Counted from the first letter of the whole stretch, positions 1 to 12,060 are shown. The stretch: DNA of 63,345 bases, filler included, from Bigelowiella natans CCMP2755 (GCA_000320545.1; 7 parts of 7 records of this genome joined end to end with filler, not necessarily neighbours in it); one strand, 5' to 3'. Made by a program: numbers and translations. The notes: generated from the sequence alone by a model not told the origin.

Positions 1-23
1 CTTATATATATATATATATATAT

Positions 24-73
<50 letters not shown>

Positions 74-101
74 TATAACCGCCACCATGACGTCCGCTCA
101 C

Positions 102-1363
102 CTGAACTCCGAGACTTGAGAGGACTTGAGGGAGCTCAAGCATGAGACGTGAATCGACGATACTCAAGATCCAATTCCTCGTTTCTTCCTCCTCATCCCC
201 CTGCAACAAAGGCACAGATTCAGCCCGGCTTGCGCTCGCGATTTACTTACACAGACGAGGAGGTCTAGCGACGTGTCGTCCTGGCAGTCACAGCATAGGC
301 CTTACGAGGTTTGGGGCGGGGTCAATCGACTTATCCGCGAGGAAGAGCACGGACTGATCCGAGAGCCACACGTCGAGATACGCGTAAACTTGCGTCCAAC
401 GCGGCTGGGGGGGGGGGAGGGGGGGGAGCAGAGGCGAGGGGCTCTTTGTTACGATCAAGTACACACACACGCGCGCGCGCGCGCTTACAAGATTGGACAT
501 TCATTTGTATGTCTAACTAATATGGTAAGTGAGCGGCGGGGGGGAGGGGGGGAAAGGGGTTATTATAATTGAGTGAAGACACCAAGGCAGCGTAGACTTC
601 TTCCATCTTCTCCTCACGAGTCTTTAGTTGATTGTCAGGGTCCTGGATGATGATGTTGTTGTTGTTGTTGTTTTCACAAGGGTGGTGGTGGTGGTGGTGT
701 AAAGCATGTATAGCAGTAGTAAACTAGGAAGAGGCATCAGGAGATCTGAACGTAATCACGTGTCTGTGTGTGTGTGTGTGTGTGTGTATAAGTGTGTGTA
801 CGTGTGCGTGTGAGTGTGTGTGCGTGATAATAGCCTTTTGCCTCCGCTTCTGGAATTTGAATGACTTACACTCTCGCATTTGCAGCTCCACTACTCTATC
901 GCTGCTATTGCTACTACTACTGCTGCTACTACTGCTATTACATTCATGGCGTGACACGCGAGGAGTGGGTTGTTTGTCCAGTCAGTGCCCTTGTTTTCGC
1001 CAAAGAAGCTCATCCCAGATCTAAGTCACATAAAGGAACGGCGGAAGTCGGAGCCAGCAGGAGACATTCTCCTCGTGTATATTCCATTGTGTGTTCGCAG
1101 ATGCGTATGAGTAACGTGTGTGTATATTATACGTATATGTATATGTATATGCATATAATACGTGTGTGTGTGTGTGTGTGTGTGTGATGTATATCATATC
1201 TATATCATTTAGAGTTAATCAAATCTGTATATTATACAAAGTATAAACTAGGCGAGCGAAAATAAGGCAGGGAAGGAGGAATCTTGGAATCCTTTGTGAG
1301 TACTCACAGCTCTTTCCTCGTATCCGCCTCAACCGTCCTAGATTCCTGCTCGGAACCAACACA

Positions 1364-1421
<58 letters not shown>

Positions 1422-1541
1422 AACGAATATATACGAATGAGAAAGAGAGGAGGGGAGGGGGGCAGTAGCTTTCAACTACTTTACAAACGACAGAAAGCAG
1501 TGAGACGACCAGAGGATGATGAAAAGGCGTCGTTGATGACC

Positions 1542-1577
<36 letters not shown>

Positions 1578-1888
1578 AAGATGAAGGCACTGAGAATAAT
1601 ACTACTGCATAAACCTTATCACTCTCATCTTTACCTTCATGTCGAGGCCATCTATTCCTTCATCTGTGCTCACTTTACCAGGTGCGCGCTAATTTTGATT
1701 TTTTTTTAAAAAAAGGGACGGGTGGGGGAGTGGCATGCATCATCAACACGTGATAGGAATGATAACTATCGTCGGGCATGTCACGGAGTTGTTTTTCCTA
1801 GCCGGTGGAAGGGGTTTGAATTGAAAGCTTTGGAGAGCGAGGGAGGGGAGGGGGGGAAGACACATGTGTGTTGGAAGAAAAAGAGAAT

Positions 1889-1971
<83 letters not shown>

Positions 1972-2167
1972 GTCAGATATGCACGAATCATTTACCTCCC
2001 TGCCCACGTTGCTGCTGTCGCAACTATCACCATAGTCATCTCCACCACGTCGCGCTCTCCCCCCCTTGTTCCTTTTGTTTGAGTTTTCCCCTCCGAGCCC
2101 TGCGAAGAGTAATGAAAAGCAAACACCAGCAGCATAGAAGAAGTGCGTCACTTAACGCCGCTGCTAC

Positions 2168-2235
<68 letters not shown>

Positions 2236-2691
2236 AGCAGAGCTTGGAGCATCAACCTATGTATATAATTTTTTTACAAAATAGTCCCCGTCACTAATAT
2301 GCATATCGATCGGGCACACACAACTGAGCGAGGGGGGGGTCTCTCCTACACCTAATGAAGCTCTGCTGTTCTCGTCCTGTCCTTCTTCATCTTCGTCTGC
2401 ATAATACTCGTCGTAAAGCGTGTTTTTGACCTCCTGGAAACGAGCAAACAGCAGCGCACACATATCACATACATATAGCACACACACACACAACAAACAA
2501 CAACTGAGTACCTCTTCCCTCGCTTTGAATTCCTAAAACTGGTCCCTGGGAAACGAATTTGAGAAGTACCAATTCCCCTCCCCCCATCTCCAGCGAAAGT
2601 TTGTCGTAGTTTATTCGCTGGCCCTTATTTTCAGAGGGAGGGGGGGGGGAAGGGAGGCAGTGGTAAGAGGAAGAGATTATAACACACATAT

Positions 2692-2733
<42 letters not shown>

Positions 2734-3667
2734 ATGAAAACGGACAGGAGACGTAAGGCGAAAAGAAATCGAATGATGCACGTTCTCATTGGCACATACG
2801 TCTGCTTTATTTAAAAAAGAGAGAGATGTGTAAGTATGGATGTGGGAGGGGGGTTGGGGGGTGGGAGGATGAAGGGTGTACATTGGTTTTCAATCGCTTC
2901 ATTTCTTCGATGAGCCGCTCGATTTTCACCTCGTTCTCGGCTATATTTCGACGCTCTTTGAGCTCTGAGCAAGGGGAGCGAGAAAAATGGCCACAACACG
3001 CGCTCAGACATGCAAATGAATGCCATGCAAATGAATGCCATGCGACACATTAATATACACGTAAACACACGTGTGTGCGTGTGTGCATGCGTGCGTGTGT
3101 ATGTGTATGTGTGTGTGTGTGTCTCTCTCTGTGTGTGTGTGTGTTGTGATGATACATAGCTCATGGTGCATTACTATGTATTATTGTCGTTGTGTATATC
3201 GATGTAAAGCTTACTCTCCTTCAGCTTGTCGCCCACACTGTCCAGCAGCCGTTCTAGCTTTCCTCGCTAAGAAGATCGCACAGCAAGGGAAGGAGCAGGT
3301 GCGTGCGTGCGTGCGAGAAGTGAGAGAGGGGGGGGGAGAGAGAGAGGCACAGAGAGGTGATGGCAAGATATATGGATATGCGTTGTGTAATAGGATGACT
3401 CAAACGCGGCTTCGTGTTGGACACCGCCGCCGCCGCCACCACCACCACCACCACCACCATCGTCATCACGCACATCGGTCACATTCTTCAGCTTTTGCAT
3501 TGCCGCTTCGATGGTGCTGGGAGGTGTCGTGGAAGAAGAGAAGAGGAGGAGGAAGAAGTAGAAGTAGAAGAAGAAGAAGAAGAAGAAGAAGAAGGAGGGA
3601 TTATTTTCCATGCAGTAGCAGTTATTATTGTTGTCATTGTGCAAAGTAGTGAGGGGCAGACACGGTC

Positions 3668-3714
<47 letters not shown>

Positions 3715-4285
3715 CTGCTCTCATTCGCATGTCTTCCTCCTACTCTTTTGCGGAGTCTCCTTCTTCCGCCTCCTTCCGAACTGCTGCTGCTGCTTGCACA
3801 GGTTTCCTCCTTTGTTCTTGCTTCGGGAGCAACTCATTCAGCCTCCTCCGTGGAGCCTATTTTCGGAAAAGGGAAAGGAAAAAAGGGGGGGGGGGGGGGG
3901 GGGAGGAGGTTCAGGAAAGAAGTGATATAGTGTAAATATATTGCTAGCGGATAATATGCAAAGCGTTGTAAGATTGGGTGGTGAGATGGTGACACTGGAA
4001 GAGCGTGTTTCCACCTTAACTTGCGTTGATGCCACCATGAATTCTTCTTGCTCCTCTGCAGCTTCTGCTCCTAAAGACGCAGCGGGGATGGCACCGAGCC
4101 GCTCCTTCGCCATGGTAAATCTTTTCGGAGGAGGAGGATGAGAGACAGGGAGTGGAGAGGGAGGTAGATGGAGAGGATTGAGTTAGTTGTTTTTCTTTCT
4201 TCTCTCTAAATGGCTCGATGGTGTATCGACATCATACCCGGTTGAAATGTGTTCTTCAGGTGGTTTTTCGAGGTTAAGATAAGAC

Positions 4286-4355
<70 letters not shown>

Positions 4356-4548
4356 TATCTTATACTTTGGTGGACGATCTAGGAACATTGTCCTGTTTTC
4401 CCCTTTGTACATCTGAAAGAGAGGGGAAGGGGGCGCGGGAGAAGGAAACGTCCGGGGAATAGGTGAGATAGAAAGAGGTTTGGCGCCCAATCACACAAGC
4501 CATTTAGTTTTTACAAAACAGTAAATAAACGTAACTGTGCAGGCACAG

Positions 4549-4584
<36 letters not shown>

Positions 4585-4708
4585 ACTACTACCTACTACT
4601 GCTACTACTGCTACTATTACTACCACTTGCATTTCCTTCGCTTTGAAGGCCTCGTAGTTGGGCCTGTCCAGGCGCATATCACCACCACCACACACGTGCA
4701 ACAGCAGC

Positions 4709-4758
<50 letters not shown>

Positions 4759-5091
4759 ACATACAAATCAGACCAACGCATATCAACGCGCCGTGGCCAA
4801 CAACTCAACAACAACAGCAATATCAGGAGAGATAAATCGACGATTATTCACGCACAAGTCGACTTCGACTGCTTTCTCCGGTTCCTTCAGAGGCTCGGGC
4901 TCCTCGTCGCCCTAATCGGATATACATGTGCGTGCATTTATTCACGAATACTCCGCGAGGGATGATGTCTCGGGCTATTACATTGTCTGTAGGAATGGCT
5001 TTGAGAAAACGCCCGCGCTCTCTGGGGGGCACGGCTCTGGATATTGAGAAATGAAAAGAAAGGTGTTGGAGTGTTATATTCACGCACGCAG

Positions 5092-5136
<45 letters not shown>

Positions 5137-5199
5137 TCGGAAAAACAGCACCAGCTCCTTTTGGAGATAAGTTAGTCAAAGCCAATCAAGCAATATTAA

Positions 5200-5240
<41 letters not shown>

Positions 5241-5285
5241 ATATATTTGTGTGTGTGTATATGAATGAAAAAATGTGTGAGTGTG

Positions 5286-5322
<37 letters not shown>

Positions 5323-6672
5323 GTATGTACACATTGCAACATCCAGATGTAGAGAGAGAGGGGGGGAGGGGGGGGAGAGAGAGGGGCTGAAAGAGTGCGT
5401 GTAGTAGTCGTAGAAGTAGTAACCGGAGTAGTGTCCTTGACGGTGGCTTCATTCCAGCCTGCCTCAAGCGGTCCTCTATCAGCTCAATCGGATAGCAATC
5501 CGAATCGTCTTCTTCGGACTGCTCGCGAGGCGGCTGCTCCTGAGCCGTGGTAATGTTAGATGTGCGTGCGGCTGTCGTCTCCGCGCTGTTGCCCCCCCTC
5601 TTGCCCCTCCTGTGTTCGGATGACGAAGATTTGTTCGAGGGGGGCGGGTCGCCGAATAGGATTCTCTCCCATTCATCCGGCTCTATTGTACGGTTGCAAT
5701 GATGCGGTGGTTGAAAGAGGGTTGATGGAACGGGAGAGGGCGGAAGGGAACGTCAGTGAAGAGAAGGAGGAGGGGGAGAAGATGTCGTCATTTTGAATTT
5801 AAAAAGCAAGGTTAGGAGTGGTAGCGTTCATGCAGTGATGTATGTCGCATGTGTTGCTGGATCAGCAAGCGAATCCTCACCCCCGTCGGATGAGTGTGTC
5901 CGAGACAGAAATTGGAGCTTACGACTGCCGATTTGAAACCCGTCCGGACGGTCAGGAGCTGCGTGTTGAAGGGAAGATCAGAAGATGGAATCAGAACGTA
6001 GGTGGCAATGTAAGGCAAGGGGCGTGAATCGACTTCCGATTGGCCAAGGCGCGCGCTGAAGTTATGTAGTAGACAGACATACAGGCAACACCACCTTCAT
6101 ATGACGAATCGAACTCGAAATCCTGTAATCATTAAAACAACGGGGTCTTAGATTGTCAAGATCCCCTCGCAGCAAAAAGCAAAACTCTCTGCTACAGTTT
6201 TTGCACTGCTATAATGCGTGCGTGCCTACGAACTTTGGCATTGCAGTCATCATTCTCGTTGTCCCGTGGCTCGAAGGTGTCCACAGGACCTGATTCATGC
6301 GGAGGAGGAGTAGGAGGAGAAGGGGGAGGATAGGGAAGACGGAAGCAGCGCTTAGAGGGAGTGATATCTATATACCATGATGATTGGAGAGGCTCACCTT
6401 CGGCTCGTGGGGCATCTCCTTCAATGTAAGGCCCACTATCTGCCTGCTGCAGCATTAGTCTGCAGATTGAACGCATCATTGAAGAAAGAAGCAGAAGAAG
6501 AAGAAGAAGAAGAAGAAGAGGAGGAAAGGTCAATAGTTTGATTTTTCGAGGAGCGTTTGTCGTAAATACTGATGACGACATGCAAGATGATAACCGTCTG
6601 GATCTTCGCCTCTTCCCACCTCGAAGTCTTCGGACTTGCGTATCTGCATACATTAGGGAGAAAGATGGAGAA

Positions 6673-6713
<41 letters not shown>

Positions 6714-6776
6714 TGCTTTTGAGGGAAACACATATCTGAGAGATGACGGTTTACAGTCAATACAGGAACTCATCAT
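102..6776 (-). CDS. Large multi-exon hypothetical protein, 3' end off-window; may be more than one gene
   Basis: GT-AG-bounded exons join in frame: VYAYLDVWLSDQSVLFLADKSIDPAPNL | DDTSLDLLVC (251-280) | GDEEEETRNWILSIVDSRLMLELPQVLSSLGVQ (102-200). Other exon-like pieces: DPDNQLKTREEKMEEVYAAL (~583-642), EVKNTLYDEYYADEDEEGQDENSRASL (~2351-2434), DEWERILFGDPPPS...IELIEDRLRQAGMK (~5440-5680). No family recognised; start uncertain. Confidence 0.5.
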
Positions 6777-7295
6777 GCATCACGCTACGCCTTCCGCATT
6801 CAGATGCTATTGTTTAGCCGCAGATTCTCCCGCCCCTGGAGGAGTTAGAAAGGGCTGAGCCGGTGCTGGAGACAGGCCCTGGCAAGTCAAAGCCATCACG
6901 AATAATCCCGGTAATCTTCATCCTTAAAAACTTTGGGCATGTATTTTATGACACAGGATCAAAATCGCCTGTGTTTCGGGAGGAAGAATTGCTTGGGAAT
7001 TCCATGTTGGCAAAACGATGTAAAATTTTCTCGCTTCCTCGCTTCCTGGATCAAATTTTATGTTAGATCTAGATCTACATCATATTTCCATTGGAATTTT
7101 ATCAAAATATCAATTACCGGTAAGTTCTGGTGCACAGGTAGATTGTAGGCTATTTTTTGAAATTTTCGTAAAAAAATCGGAATTTTTGCAATTTTGTTGT
7201 TTTAGTCGACCGTGCCTCAAAACTCCTGCTGTCGAGAACAACGCCAGGTGGGGGCACGTGGCCCCATTTGGACACTGTAGCGCCTATTTCGTAAG

Positions 7296-8348
7296 ATGGC
7301 AAAATCTACTTTGAAGAATGGCAGTGATAATGTTGTTAGTAGCAACCCGTGCAAGTCTCGTCGGACTTACTGCTACAACATTGCTCTGAGTAAGGAAGAC
7401 GCAGACATGGTGAGAACTGCGGGAAAGGAACACCACTATCTTACATTTGAATGGGTCAATGATGACGGACTAACAGAAATTTACCGACTTCGCTGTTCTT
7501 TGGGCCTTGCGTCGAATCCCCAAGCTCGAAGAAAAGCGAAACCATGCAAATTTAAACGCAAAAATACAAATACGCTTGAGCTTAAACCAGAAAACACTAG
7601 GTTAAGAATTTCTATTAGGTTGACACGCCATGCTGGATCATTGGGAGGATTGTGGTGGAGAAATTCAGATGATTATTTCATCGAGCTCTTACCTTCGAGA
7701 GAAGGCAGAAAACAACGGAGCTCACTTCCATGGCCATTGACTGTTTTTGAATTAAAAACCAACCATAGGATAAGGGTTCTCCGTTTTGAGCGGGGAAACA
7801 AAGTGAGAGTTAATTTTCTAATCCAGAAGGGATATACAAAAAAAAATAATGATGATCGAGCAAGATTTTCTCAAGGAACTGGAAAAGTGGAGTACCTCAA
7901 ACAGAAAATAACTGGAATTGTACAAGATATGCAGAATGGTAACGGTGCACAGCGAGTAGCGATCGCCTTCTTGCTATCAAATCCCTGCTTCTCGAACATG
8001 TTCGCAAAATTTCGTCCGCGAAAACGGAAAACACGATACCGAGGCTTGTTAGACGAGAAGGGAAGGTCTGAACAGCTCGTCGAGGCGAGCATAAGATGTG
8101 AAAAGGAGAGACAACAGAGAAACGAAGAAGGATATGGGGAAGTACGTGGCGAAGTCTCGCTAACAAGTCTAAGTAGGGATCGATGCTCGAAGAAACACAA
8201 GAATGTGCGTGGGGAACCAAAAATAAAAACTTGTTCAATAGAAGAGATCGAAGTAGCGATGCCACTTCGTGCAACAACAAGCACATCCATCACACCACCG
8301 CCATCTGCGAGCCCGAGTCAGATATATATTCCGAAAGGCAGTATATAG
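7296..8348 (+). CDS. Intronless 350-aa basic hypothetical protein; possible nuclear/DNA-binding protein
   Basis: Uninterrupted ATG-TAG ORF of complex sequence with no microsatellite. K/R-rich, NLS-like RPRKRK, S/T/P-rich tail. Confidence 0.75.
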   Translation: MAKSTLKNGSDNVVSSNPCKSRRTYCYNIALSKEDADMVRTAGKEHHYLTFEWVNDDGLTEIYRLRCSLGLASNPQARRKAKPCKFKRKNTNTLELKPENTRLRISIRLTRHAGSLGGLWWRNSDDYFIELLPSREGRKQRSSLPWPLTVFELKTNHRIRVLRFERGNKVRVNFLIQKGYTKKNNDDRARFSQGTGKVEYLKQKITGIVQDMQNGNGAQRVAIAFLLSNPCFSNMFAKFRPRKRKTRYRGLLDEKGRSEQLVEASIRCEKERQQRNEEGYGEVRGEVSLTSLSRDRCSKKHKNVRGEPKIKTCSIEEIEVAMPLRATTSTSITPPPSASPSQIYIPKGSI

Positions 8349-9189
8349 TTAATTAGAATTCTAAAACCTTTGCTTGTTTCTGCTCAAATACAACTCCGGC
8401 ATGGTTGTTTTGGTCGAAGTGCGGATACTTTTATAAGTGCAAGCGCGATGTTTGTAACTTGTCCTGCAAGGCATCAGAGGCAAGGGACTTACGAATAATC
8501 CCAAGCAAGAATATCCACATGCAGCTGTAAGCAGCACTTCTTACTGAATCTGACGTCGGAGGAAAAGGGAATCCTTCGGACTTCACAAAGTTCAGTCTGT
8601 CGGTAAACTTAATCTCAACGCAACAACGCAACGAAATGGTCCAGAAACTGTCCAGCTATCTATTTTCTTGTGTAGTCTGGCTATGATTGTGGATTAAATT
8701 TATAACAAGAATAATATGCGACGAGGGCCCGAACCAATCAAGTGAACGCATCGAGTAAAAGACAGCTTCACCACAGCTTTGCTTTGGCCAATGCATGCAC
8801 ATGCATGCATGGCCGGCGGCGGCATTCGAAATTTGTCGTGAGCATCAAACACGCCGCCAACAATAACTGTGTGACATCGCATGCACAGAATGATGCATGT
8901 ATAGTACCAATTGACATTGTTTTACTCTTAGTGAACTCCAAAGATGACGACTCAGCTGCCGCCATATGCATTGCATCGTAGCAAACACAGACATCACATC
9001 GACTCATTGCTTCGATCTGGACGACGACGCACGCGCACAGCATCGTGCACATTGTGGTACTGTGTCACAACAACATCTAGACATGGCACTTGTCCAAAAA
9101 GTGGCCATCATTGTACAACGTAACACAGCACGCGCGCACTATTCAGCTCACATTTTGAACTCGCAATGTGTTGATGATCTAGATGTGAT

Positions 9190-10490
9190 CTAAGATGGCG
9201 ACTGCGAATGAATCATGTGATCCCAGAACACGACAAACTCCTCAAAATCAAGCACCTGGTCGTTATTTCGATCGACTCGATCAAATTGTCGCTTGATAAA
9301 ATGCTCCGGAGCGCGGAAGAGTTCCGTGAAGCAGGTGACAAATTCTTCCTTGCTCAAAGTCCCATCCCCATCCTTGTCTATTTGAGTGAAGATATGTTTC
9401 TTCATTTCGACTTCGGAGCGAATCATGGTAAAATCCTTCTCCTCAACGTTTCCCTTCTCCAGTTCCTTGGGCCTAATTTTTGAAAGGAGATAGTACGTAT
9501 CAGGATGAGGTGAGAAAGCATTTAAGTCAAAAATATATTTACTTACTAAATATATATGGATGTTCATGATATGTGCAAATCTATCACCAGCATTTTTTGC
9601 AGAACCCCAAATCCTTCTTAAGGTCATTGCACAGCCAGATTATCCCTCTAATGGGCCTCATCTTACATTCACCATCGCATGAACAGCCTTGATAAACAGC
9701 CTCCTCGTCACTTTCGGTCTCCTCCTGTTTGGTATGTAGCATGCTTTATTGGAATCTGTGTAAAATCTGGAAGTATGGTACAGAGATCGCGAGAAGGAGG
9801 GGAGGGGGGGAGGGAGCTGGGGACACAATATTCAAGAAAATCGCTCCAACCTTGTTCATTTACATTTTCAACTTTAAACCCTATAATATCTGAACGAGAC
9901 AATCATCGCTTCTCACCGTACTCTTCATTGCCTGCATCCGAGCATGAACCCCCCGTTTAAGCCGTAACTTGTGCCCATTCTTCAAGGCGAGTTTCTGACA
10001 TGTTTCCTCGAACGATTTCCAGGAAGAAAGTAAATCCTTCTGTTAATGAATAGGAAGAGAATATAAGGAACTAGCGCCCTTGTGTTAAACAGAGAGGATG
10101 GAGCGTGTCTACACGATTTCCGATTAACATGTATCATTATTGGAAAGCAATACCTTTACTCAACCGGATTACTAATGCTCTTTACGTACGTAATACGTAT
10201 TTTTCTCTCCCTAAATTTGGATATTCAGGGCTGTGCTAATGAATCAACTTCCGAGTCCAAGTAGTGCTACGAGGCTCCTGCAAGTGTAAGCTAAAGCGGC
10301 TTTGTTGGGGGGCGGGAGGTGGTCACCTCGAGATTGATATTTTTCTTCTTAAATAATCCGATAAGCTTTTCGAGTCGTGTTTCGATCAGAAGGGCTATGG
10401 AGATGGACAATAATTGGCACTCATCAACTTAAACAGTGGAAGAGAACAAGAAATAGACAGAGAGACAGAGGAGATAGTTCGCGCGCGCGC

Positions 10491-10553
<63 letters not shown>

Positions 10554-10897
10554 GAGAGAGACAGAGAGAGAGAGAGAGAATCATCTAATGCGACAAGAAA
10601 TTATCAGTAACATGCATTGAGAATTCAATTAGGGTAAGCTAATAGCAACACCTTCCAGAGCATCCTGATCTTTATCAGTAGTCTCTTTCCCTTCCGCTAG
10701 GTTAGTACCAGTTGTAGCGCGTCTGTGGACAACAGCATCCCCCTTCGTTGCGGTATCACTCTGGTTTTCCATTGCTTGCTTTTTCGATGTAGCGTTTGGT
10801 CTGCACTTTGTTCTTCGTTCACGGGGTTTCGGAACCACCTTGAGAATCTATCCAGAGGAGGGGGGAGAAAGAGTACGTTTCGCATCTGCGACATCAT
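9190..10897 (-). CDS. ZZ-like zinc finger plus EF-hand pair protein
   Basis: Last exon has two canonical EF loops, DKDGDGTLSKEE and DRNNDQVLDFEE. Exon ~9588-9725 reads VYQGCSCDGECKMRPIRGIIWLCNDLKKDLGFCKKC (ZZ-like). 5' exons (MMSQMRN | ILKVVPKPRERR...) are less certain. Confidence 0.75.
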
Positions 10898-11307
10898 CAG
10901 ATACGCGTATTCATACGAGATCGGCTGTAATTCTGTAGTGATATCTCGTTACACTGCATGCCCGAAAACGATTGGATTTTCGCGACAAGGCCTGTTGCAC
11001 TGCATGGCCGAAAACAATGCTCCGAATTGCCCGACAATGGGTATTTTGGGTTCCCACTTTCGAAGTGTTTTTGCCGGCAGCACATCCCAGTTGATCTGTC
11101 GTTTTTTTTTCCTTCCTTTCCAATTTGTCATTTTCTCATTGTTGCACTTGATGAAATTGAGGGTCAAACTTTTGCGGAATGTTTTCTGCTAGAAATTTTT
11201 ACCAGATTCAAACAAAAACCAACGGTCAATTGAGCTCATATCGACCATTGTCAGCACCTGCTCGTTCCAGGCTCCTGCACAAACACGCTCGTGATGCCCT
11301 TTCAAGC

Positions 11308-11361
11308 AACCCCAGACACCTCACGTCGTCGACGTGAGGACGACGTGAGGTGTCTGGGGTT
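11308..11361. repeat. Perfect 23-bp inverted repeat with 8-nt spacer (hairpin/cruciform)
   Basis: AACCCCAGACACCTCACGTCGTC-GACGTGAG-GACGACGTGAGGTGTCTGGGGTT; the arms are exact reverse complements. Confidence 0.97.
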
Positions 11362-11539
11362 CCTATGAGTGGGAAGCAGATCTATGTTGCATTTGCCGCT
11401 TTTTCCCGGAACAAATTTCTTGGTATTTCTGCGGGTTGTTCTAGACCTAGTCTGTGACTATTTGTTCTCATTTTGTGTCTACTTGGTTATTCTATTCGCA
11501 TCCCAGCTACATTTAGGTAACCGTCAGTAGTTGGACTAT

Positions 11540-12060
11540 TTTTCTTTCGTGAAGTCACGGATGTTCCTGCAACGCAGCGACAGTCTGACAACACAAACAA
11601 CAATTTGGTCTGCGACAGGGTTCGTGCTTGCACAAGCTCAACACCTTGTCATCTGGGCAGTTGACGCTCTGGATGATTTCCGTCTTGATTTCAGGATCAC
11701 ATCCTAGGTTCCTTTGTGTGACGGCTGAAACTGCACCAGTTGCAGCACTGTCTCCAGTGACTGCCAATGATGGCTGTCACAGCTTGACCCAAACATGCCG
11801 CTGAGTTGGGACAAATCAAGCTGCTGTTTTTGTCGCATGCACCCACACAAGCATCTGTGTTAGGCATGCACATGCATCGCTGCTGGCAATGCATGCACTC
11901 GCGGCACGATCATCCATGTAGCCACTCATGCAGTCTGGAAGTGGCGGGACACATCAGCCGCGTCATCAGTGTCCCCATCACGCAAAACATCACAATGATC
12001 AAAGGCAATGCCCTGTGGCGCACGCACATTCAATGGTTGGAACGCTACGCATGATGAGCA
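11540..12060. other. TpA-depleted, TG/CA-enriched intergenic island (possibly a degenerate repeat)
   Basis: Manual count: 4 TpA versus about 23 CpG in ~520 bp. All four TpA are in TAG/CTA context. Confidence 0.85.

Noticed and set aside
10325-10430. SAM-domain-like exon (TRLEKLIGLFKKKNINLE) in the ZZ/EF gene
   Set aside because: Could not join it in frame to a convincing second half.
10952-11018. Imperfect direct repeat CACTGCATG(C/G)CCGAAAAC, 46 bp apart
   Set aside because: Only two copies, out of frame, in a probable 5' UTR or promoter; no further support.
11540-12060. CpG-methylation decay or classical fungal RIP as the cause of the TG/CA excess
   Set aside because: CpG is retained and TpA is lost; 5mC decay removes CpG and RIP increases TpA.
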